From contig JAYZBV010000090.1 in assembly GCA_036338595.1 (NCBI GenBank), positions 1 to 21,193 of the forward strand: 21,193 nucleotides of DNA, in the 5' to 3' direction. Of the stretch, positions 15,807 through 21,193 are shown one piece after another; the first letter of the stretch is position 1, and every line of letters begins with the position of its first letter. The translations under genes and the position numbers were made by a program. This stretch comes from Planctomycetota bacterium. Lineage in GTDB: Bacteria; Planctomycetota; UBA8108; UBA1146. A model generated the notes under the pieces. It worked only from the letters and a program-made list of their open reading frames with translations. It had not been told where the DNA came from and did not search any database.

Positions 15807-17492
15807 ATGAGTAACGATTCTCAGGACGTCATATTTCAGGTTCAAGACCTGCATCGATCGTTCGGACCCAAAGATGTGCTCAAGGGTGTGACCCTTGGAT
15901 TTTTTCGCGGTGCGAAAATCGGCCTCATCGGTGTCAATGGCAGTGGCAAGTCAACTCTCCTCAAGATCATCGCAGGCGTGGATGACGGTTACGACGGAAC
16001 CGTCACCATTGCGAAGGGCGCATCGATTGGCTATGTCCAGCAGGAACCGACTCTCGATGAATCGAAGACAGTACGGGAAAATGTCGAGGAAGGTACCGTT
16101 GCAATACGCCAACTTCTCGAAGATTACAATGCAGTGACCGAGTCGCTTGCGACAGAACTCTCCGATGACGAGATGCAAAAAGCATATGATCACATGGCAG
16201 CACTTCAGGAAAAAATCGACGCATCTGATGCATGGGAGATCGATCGGCAGATAGATCAGGCGATGCATGCGCTGAGTTGTCCTCCAGGAGACTCTGCTGT
16301 GGCGCACCTCTCTGGAGGAGAGAAGCGCAGAGTAGCGCTGTGTCGAACGCTTCTATCGCACCCCGACATCTTGCTGCTCGATGAACCTACAAACCACCTC
16401 GATGCCGATACAGTTGCATGGTTGGAGCGACACCTGGCCAATTTCAATGGCACGGTGCTACTGATCACTCACGACAGATACTTTCTGGACAATGTGGTCG
16501 GCTGGATGCTGGAGATGGATCGAGGACGGGGGATCCCCTTCGAGGGAAACTACAGCCAGTACCTGGAGCAGAAGACGAAGCAACTCGATGTCGAGAAACG
16601 GCACGAGGATGATCGTCAGAAACTTCTCACCAAGGAGCTCGACTGGATTCGCCAGACTCCCAAGGCGCGTGCGACCAAGAGCAAGGCAAGGGTCGAGTCG
16701 TTCCATCGCTTGCAAGAGCAAGTATATGAATCCCGCAAGGAGTTGCCCGCGATTGTGATCCCTTGTGAGACCAGGCTTGGTGACAAGGTTCTCGATGTCG
16801 TGAAGATGAAAAAGGGTTTTGATGGCAGGGTTCTGTTCGAGGATCTGAGCTTCTCGCTGAGACCTGGTTCGATCGTCGGAGTCATTGGCCCCAATGGGGC
16901 CGGCAAGACGACCTTGATGCGACTCGTTGCAGGACTGGATGAGCCGGATGCGGGAGTCGTTGAACTGGGTTCCACCGTCGAGATCTGTTTCGCAGATCAG
17001 AGCAGACAGGACCTGGACGACAACAAGACCATCTACCAGAACATTTCTGAGGGATACGATGTGATCAACGTCGGAAAACTTGAGGTGCAGAGCCGAGCAT
17101 ATGTGGCGCGCTTTGGATTTACAGGTGACGACCAGGAAAAGAAGGTCGGAGAGTGTTCCGGGGGAATGAGAAACCGCGTTCAGATGGCAAAGATGCTGCG
17201 CCGCGGTGGAAACCTGGTGATTCTTGACGAGCCGACCAACGACCTCGATATTCCGACCTTGCGCTTGCTCGAGGAGGCTCTGGAAGCGTTACCCGGCTGT
17301 GGTGTGGTCGTCAGTCACGACCGTTACTTCCTCGATCGAGTGGCGACTCACATCCTGGCGCTGGACGGAGAAGGCAACGGCCGTTTCTTCGAAGGATCGT
17401 ATCAGGCGTACGCTGAACGCATGCGCCAGGAGCGGATAGACCGCGGCGAGGATCCGGATCTTCCAAGAGGTGTTCATCGCAGATTCGCCTGA
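15807..17492 (+). CDS. ettA: ABC-F ATPase, energy-dependent translational throttle EttA
   Basis: FFRGAKIGLIGVNGSGKSTLL, LSGGEKRRVALC, LDEPTNHLD, THDRYFLDNV, ELDWIRQTPKARATKSKAR linker, second ABC domain GPNGAGKT...LDEPTNDLD. No transmembrane segments. Confidence 0.93.
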   Translation: MSNDSQDVIFQVQDLHRSFGPKDVLKGVTLGFFRGAKIGLIGVNGSGKSTLLKIIAGVDDGYDGTVTIAKGASIGYVQQEPTLDESKTVRENVEEGTVAIRQLLEDYNAVTESLATELSDDEMQKAYDHMAALQEKIDASDAWEIDRQIDQAMHALSCPPGDSAVAHLSGGEKRRVALCRTLLSHPDILLLDEPTNHLDADTVAWLERHLANFNGTVLLITHDRYFLDNVVGWMLEMDRGRGIPFEGNYSQYLEQKTKQLDVEKRHEDDRQKLLTKELDWIRQTPKARATKSKARVESFHRLQEQVYESRKELPAIVIPCETRLGDKVLDVVKMKKGFDGRVLFEDLSFSLRPGSIVGVIGPNGAGKTTLMRLVAGLDEPDAGVVELGSTVEICFADQSRQDLDDNKTIYQNISEGYDVINVGKLEVQSRAYVARFGFTGDDQEKKVGECSGGMRNRVQMAKMLRRGGNLVILDEPTNDLDIPTLRLLEEALEALPGCGVVVSHDRYFLDRVATHILALDGEGNGRFFEGSYQAYAERMRQERIDRGEDPDLPRGVHRRFA

Positions 17493-17495
17493 GAT

Positions 17496-20400
17496 TCAGT
17501 CCTGCCTGGTATTCCAGACCCGCTGATACTCGACCCGATCCGGTGCCTGTTGCGTTGGCTCGGGCGGGTATCCTGCCATGCCCTCAAACGGTAACGGTCC
17601 GACTCCTTCCCTGGCACCGGTCAATGGATCGAGATCCTTGCACCACCCGAAGGAATCGAGCAGCCAGGTGCGTTGCCAGCCGGCAGGAAGGGCCGGCAGG
17701 GCAGAGGCATCGAATTCGAGTAGCAACTCGTCGCCTCCTCCCAGGATCACAAAGCGGTCATCGACATTCGAGATCAGGTCATCCACCCGACCGTGACGCG
17801 TGACAAGACCCTCCTCCATTACACGATAATCGAGAGTCGCATCGCGTTGGTCGTAATGATAGGTGGCGGGAAGGTGACCGTCATCGCTGTACTCTCTTGG
17901 ATAGCCTCCATCACGCAACAGCGCCGAAAGGAGCGGAACGATGTGTGACTGGCTGCTCTCCACAGGCTCGACTGCTGCGAGAAACACGCGATCCCAGAAG
18001 AGTTCGAGGTTCGATTCGATTCGTATCTCTCGAGCGCCCTCCTGGATGATCCTGGTGACATCCAGAACCATCGTCTTGGGCATTCCTGCGGGATATCCGA
18101 TCTCTTCACCGAGAAGCTGCCAAGGCTCCCCGGAAGCGCTGCGCCATCGAAAGGTAGGAGCAGCGAGACGCTTGTTGCCCTGGTAGGCAGCAAAGTTGAT
18201 CCTGGAATAGGGGTACTCGATCCAGCCGTCCAGGAACAGGCACACCCGGTCGCCCTCCGGGATCCTGTCGAAGGAGAACTCCCACACCTGATCCTCGCAG
18301 TAACCGACCAGATCGGGAAGCAGTGCCCGTGGTCCAATGTAGATTCGATCCTTGGCCAGGATCCTGGCAGTATCGACCTCTCCGCTGGCATCTCGGGCAG
18401 CATGAGGAAACACCCGATCAGAATCCTGCAGCAACAACGCTTCCCCTGAGGGAGGATCGGCCTGGACTGCAAAAAACTCTTCCGGGTAGCAAGATTGGGA
18501 GTCTGGATGATCGATTGCCAGCAGTTGCAGACGATCTGCGTAACAGACCTCCTGCATCGGCTCCATGATGCTCAGCCGCAATTTGCCGTCGACCTGCTGG
18601 AGAGCCCCTGGCTGGATGCGAACCACCTCGGTCGGTTCTGGCGGAGCGTACTTGTCGGGACCGATCCAGAACCCGAGTCCTCCGCCTCCCATGAAATCGC
18701 TGATGAAGTTCCATTGCTTGCCATCAAAGGTGAACAGGATCGGACAGGAAGAAGACTTGCGTTGCACCTCTTCGATTTCCTGGCAAAGATCGACGGGGAC
18801 ATCGATCTCTGCCTGCAAGACCCCGTCAGGCCACTCGATGATGAGGCTACTGATGCGGGTGGAGGTTGCGACTCCGACCACGACCGGTTGTAGGCCTCTT
18901 GCGCGATGACCAGCACTACCCTCCTGAAAGGCAAGTAACGCCTGGTCTGGATTTCTCAATTCCAGTCTGGCTCCGAACCCGAGCAGATTGGTTCGCCGAT
19001 CATCTCCATCACGTCGTCCTCCGAGATGGGCGCGGAAAGAATGAAACTTCTTGTTTTCGATGTCGAGGCTATTTCGTACCAACCACAGGGAGCCATCGTC
19101 TTTCTCAAGAATCAGGTCCGGATCGCCATCGCCATCGATATCTCCGACGACGATGGTCACCGCAGCAGGAAGTGTTGTCATCGAAACACTCACTGATCCT
19201 CCCTGGAATTGTACGACAACGGTGTTTTTCGATGTCGAGAGCAACAGTTCCTGGGTGCCGTTCAGATCAAGATCCGCGGCAGCGATCGTCCGGTAGTTTG
19301 CCGAAGAGATGTCAGCAGGGAGATCCACCAGCCCCTCGAACAGAGCAATTCCAACCGTGTGCTTGGTCGTGGCAGCGCGTTTTCGAATCGACAGTTTTCC
19401 TTGCTGAAGAAGCACCAGTTCCTGTTCGAGGTTTCCATCGACATTGACCAGCAGAATGGAACTGGCAGTGATGGGCCCTCCCGAGGTCAGTGGGCGCTGC
19501 TCTGGGTTCTCTTGATATTTCCACTGCGGTGCACCGGAGATCCATGAAAGCGACTCTCCCTGAAGCAACAGGTCCGCATCATGATCGAGGTCGAGATCGC
19601 GGACGGCGATGATCGTGTCCACAGCCTGTTTTCCATTGAGGGATGGAGAATCTTCCACGCTTCGAAAGGAACGACCCTCATTGAGAGCGAACTGGATGGG
19701 ACCGTTACCGGTGGCCATCAGTAGATCCAGATCACCTTCCATATCGATGTCTGCAAGCATCATGTCGGACGCGTTCGCCTTCACTGTCGAGATGACCTCC
19801 GAATAGTCAGGAGTTCTCCCTTCAGTTCCGTGGAAGATTCGCACTTCATTCCCATCTGAGCTGGCAACATCTGGGATGCCATCTTCATCCACGTCACCGA
19901 TGGCGAAGCAGACGGCTCCATCGAGCACCGTCAATGAGCCGATTTGCTCTGGCGCTTCTGTCAGATCCCAGGCGGTAGCATCACTTCCTGCGATCCAGAG
20001 ATCGGGAATGCAGTCGAGATCGGCATCGACCAGGGCAAAGGGAGGCGCTCCTCCCTCGTGTGCTTTGGTGATCCTGATGGGCTCCTGGAAGGCCATCGAA
20101 CTCGGACCTGGATCAGTGGGTCCCGGGATAATCCAGTCGCGGATCGCCTCGGCGAGTTTCCCCTGCTCCGTGTACTTGGTGCTGTGGGCTCGCCCCCTCC
20201 CGGAGGATTCCAGGTCGCGAAAAGTAGCGAGAGCTCGATCCGCATCCTCGATCCTGCCCGCTCGACGCCACGCAAGTTGCAAGTTGTTCCAGGCTCCGCG
20301 AATCGTCGGGTCGAGTTGAACTGCCATCTCGAAGTGGGGGAGAGCTTCCTCATTTTTTCCAGTTCGTATCAGCCCGATGGCAACCTGATAGTGGCAATCT

Positions 20401-20807
20401 GCATCGCGAGGTGCACGGGTCAGTGCATTCTGGAATTCTCGTAGAGCAACCTCTTCTTCTCCCTGGTATCTATGAATGAATCCGAGGGTGTAAAGCACTC
20501 TGGGATCATTGGGATTCAACTTATCTGCAATGGTCAGAGATTTCAGGGCACGACCGATTCCTTTCTCCGCCTGGTTCAACTGTGCTACTGCCAGATTGAA
20601 GCGAGGAACAAACGCTCTCTGAGACTTCGATACCAGGGTAAGGAGAGCTGCCTCTGCAGCCTCGAACTCGTGCTGGGACAGCTGATTCAATCCTTCGAGG
20701 TGAAGTGCCAGCAGATCATTTGTGGGGGGGCTATTTCGAGGAGTGCATCCGGCGAAAATCAGTAGAAAATTGAACAGGCAGGTTAGAACGATCAAACGAG
20801 TCAGCAC
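17496..20807 (-). CDS. Lipoprotein with TPR repeats, FG-GAP/VCBS beta-propeller, ASPIC/UnbV-like domain and a long C-terminal domain (CRTAC1-like)
   Basis: Lipobox IFAG-C, TPR-like helices (FNLAVAQL, YTLGFIH, YQVAIGL, WNNLQLAW), seven DxDxDG-like loops, TNLLGFGARLEL...IEWPDGVLQ, then SSCPILFTFDG and about 400 further residues. Confidence 0.85.
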   Translation of the reverse strand: MLTRLIVLTCLFNFLLIFAGCTPRNSPPTNDLLALHLEGLNQLSQHEFEAAEAALLTLVSKSQRAFVPRFNLAVAQLNQAEKGIGRALKSLTIADKLNPNDPRVLYTLGFIHRYQGEEEVALREFQNALTRAPRDADCHYQVAIGLIRTGKNEEALPHFEMAVQLDPTIRGAWNNLQLAWRRAGRIEDADRALATFRDLESSGRGRAHSTKYTEQGKLAEAIRDWIIPGPTDPGPSSMAFQEPIRITKAHEGGAPPFALVDADLDCIPDLWIAGSDATAWDLTEAPEQIGSLTVLDGAVCFAIGDVDEDGIPDVASSDGNEVRIFHGTEGRTPDYSEVISTVKANASDMMLADIDMEGDLDLLMATGNGPIQFALNEGRSFRSVEDSPSLNGKQAVDTIIAVRDLDLDHDADLLLQGESLSWISGAPQWKYQENPEQRPLTSGGPITASSILLVNVDGNLEQELVLLQQGKLSIRKRAATTKHTVGIALFEGLVDLPADISSANYRTIAAADLDLNGTQELLLSTSKNTVVVQFQGGSVSVSMTTLPAAVTIVVGDIDGDGDPDLILEKDDGSLWLVRNSLDIENKKFHSFRAHLGGRRDGDDRRTNLLGFGARLELRNPDQALLAFQEGSAGHRARGLQPVVVGVATSTRISSLIIEWPDGVLQAEIDVPVDLCQEIEEVQRKSSSCPILFTFDGKQWNFISDFMGGGGLGFWIGPDKYAPPEPTEVVRIQPGALQQVDGKLRLSIMEPMQEVCYADRLQLLAIDHPDSQSCYPEEFFAVQADPPSGEALLLQDSDRVFPHAARDASGEVDTARILAKDRIYIGPRALLPDLVGYCEDQVWEFSFDRIPEGDRVCLFLDGWIEYPYSRINFAAYQGNKRLAAPTFRWRSASGEPWQLLGEEIGYPAGMPKTMVLDVTRIIQEGAREIRIESNLELFWDRVFLAAVEPVESSQSHIVPLLSALLRDGGYPREYSDDGHLPATYHYDQRDATLDYRVMEEGLVTRHGRVDDLISNVDDRFVILGGGDELLLEFDASALPALPAGWQRTWLLDSFGWCKDLDPLTGAREGVGPLPFEGMAGYPPEPTQQAPDRVEYQRVWNTRQD

Positions 20808-20925
20808 AGGATGCCCCCCTTACAACTGGTGTCGTTGGCAGACACAGACTAGTCCGCCGAATGGATTCGATCTACCGGGTCAAGGTCCAAACAGGATCAT
20901 GGCTGGCTTCGATCCGATAAGTGAA

Positions 20926-21192
20926 TCAATGCAGCTGGTTTCGCAGTGCAGATGGGAGGTCCGGGCTCTTGAAGTGAAAACCCATCTGCATCAATCGAGC
21001 GGGAAGAACACGCTGACCCTCCAGGATGAGGGATTGACCCATCTCGCCATACAACAGCCGGATGATGAATGCAGGAACAGGTGGTGCGACGGGGCGCCTG
21101 AGAGCTGCCGCGAGAGTTGTCGTGAAGTCGACATTTCTGACCGCAGCGGGGGCCACGCAATTGATGGGTCCATCTATCGTCTTGGTGGTTGT
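20926..21192 (-). CDS. 3' end of a TIGR01777/YfcH-like NAD-dependent epimerase family protein (DUF1731 C-terminus); 5' part lies outside the window
   Basis: The frame is open from the window edge: IDGPINCVAPAAVRNVDFTTTLAAALRRP...VPAFIIRLLYGEMGQSLILEGQRVLPARL...GFHF. Confidence 0.88.
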   Translation of the reverse strand, partial: TTTKTIDGPINCVAPAAVRNVDFTTTLAAALRRPVAPPVPAFIIRLLYGEMGQSLILEGQRVLPARLMQMGFHFKSPDLPSALRNQLH

Positions 21193-21193
21193 G

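Noticed and set aside
17153..17170. Second EttA signature reads CSGGM instead of LSGGE
   Set aside because: The SGG core, Walker A/B and H-loop are intact; treated as ordinary variation.
1..21193. Mobile elements, CRISPR arrays, tRNA/rRNA, defence systems; high frequency of GATC and TCGA words
   Set aside because: No transposase, integrase, cas gene, spaced repeat array or structural RNA was seen. GATC and TCGA richness is uniform and is explained by codon usage (ATC, GAT, CGA).

Overview
A gene-dense bacterial window with 18 CDS calls and no rRNA, tRNA, CRISPR array or mobile element that I can see. A Cys-rich dockerin-like module, a DUF6288-like protein and a TPR/FG-GAP/ASPIC-UnbV lipoprotein suggest a Planctomycetota/PVC organism (inference). 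Housekeeping genes: recQ 3' end, cutC, a SurA/PpiC-type foldase, trkA-trkH, a pirin, an M20 peptidase, ettA and the 3' end of a TIGR01777-type epimerase. Many exported proteins are also encoded: an HEXXH metallopeptidase lipoprotein, a cohesin-like + dockerin-like protein, a PDZ + alpha-barrel protein, a DUF1573 protein, an S41 protease with a LolA-like neighbour, and a 1103-aa beta-propeller lipoprotein. The strongest finding is absent from the ORF track: a 75-residue SelW/SelT/SelH (Rdx-family) selenoprotein gene at 15554-15781 (+). It has a CxxU motif with an in-frame UGA at 15584-15586 and a bacterial SECIS-like hairpin at 15601-15619, and it sits 25 bp upstream of ettA. Other points of interest are a protein carrying both cohesin-like and dockerin-like modules, an Arg-tract disordered protein, an identical 12-nt leader before two adjacent genes, and a 16-bp inverted repeat touching the trkA ribosome-binding site. 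All family assignments come from motif recognition, not database searches.
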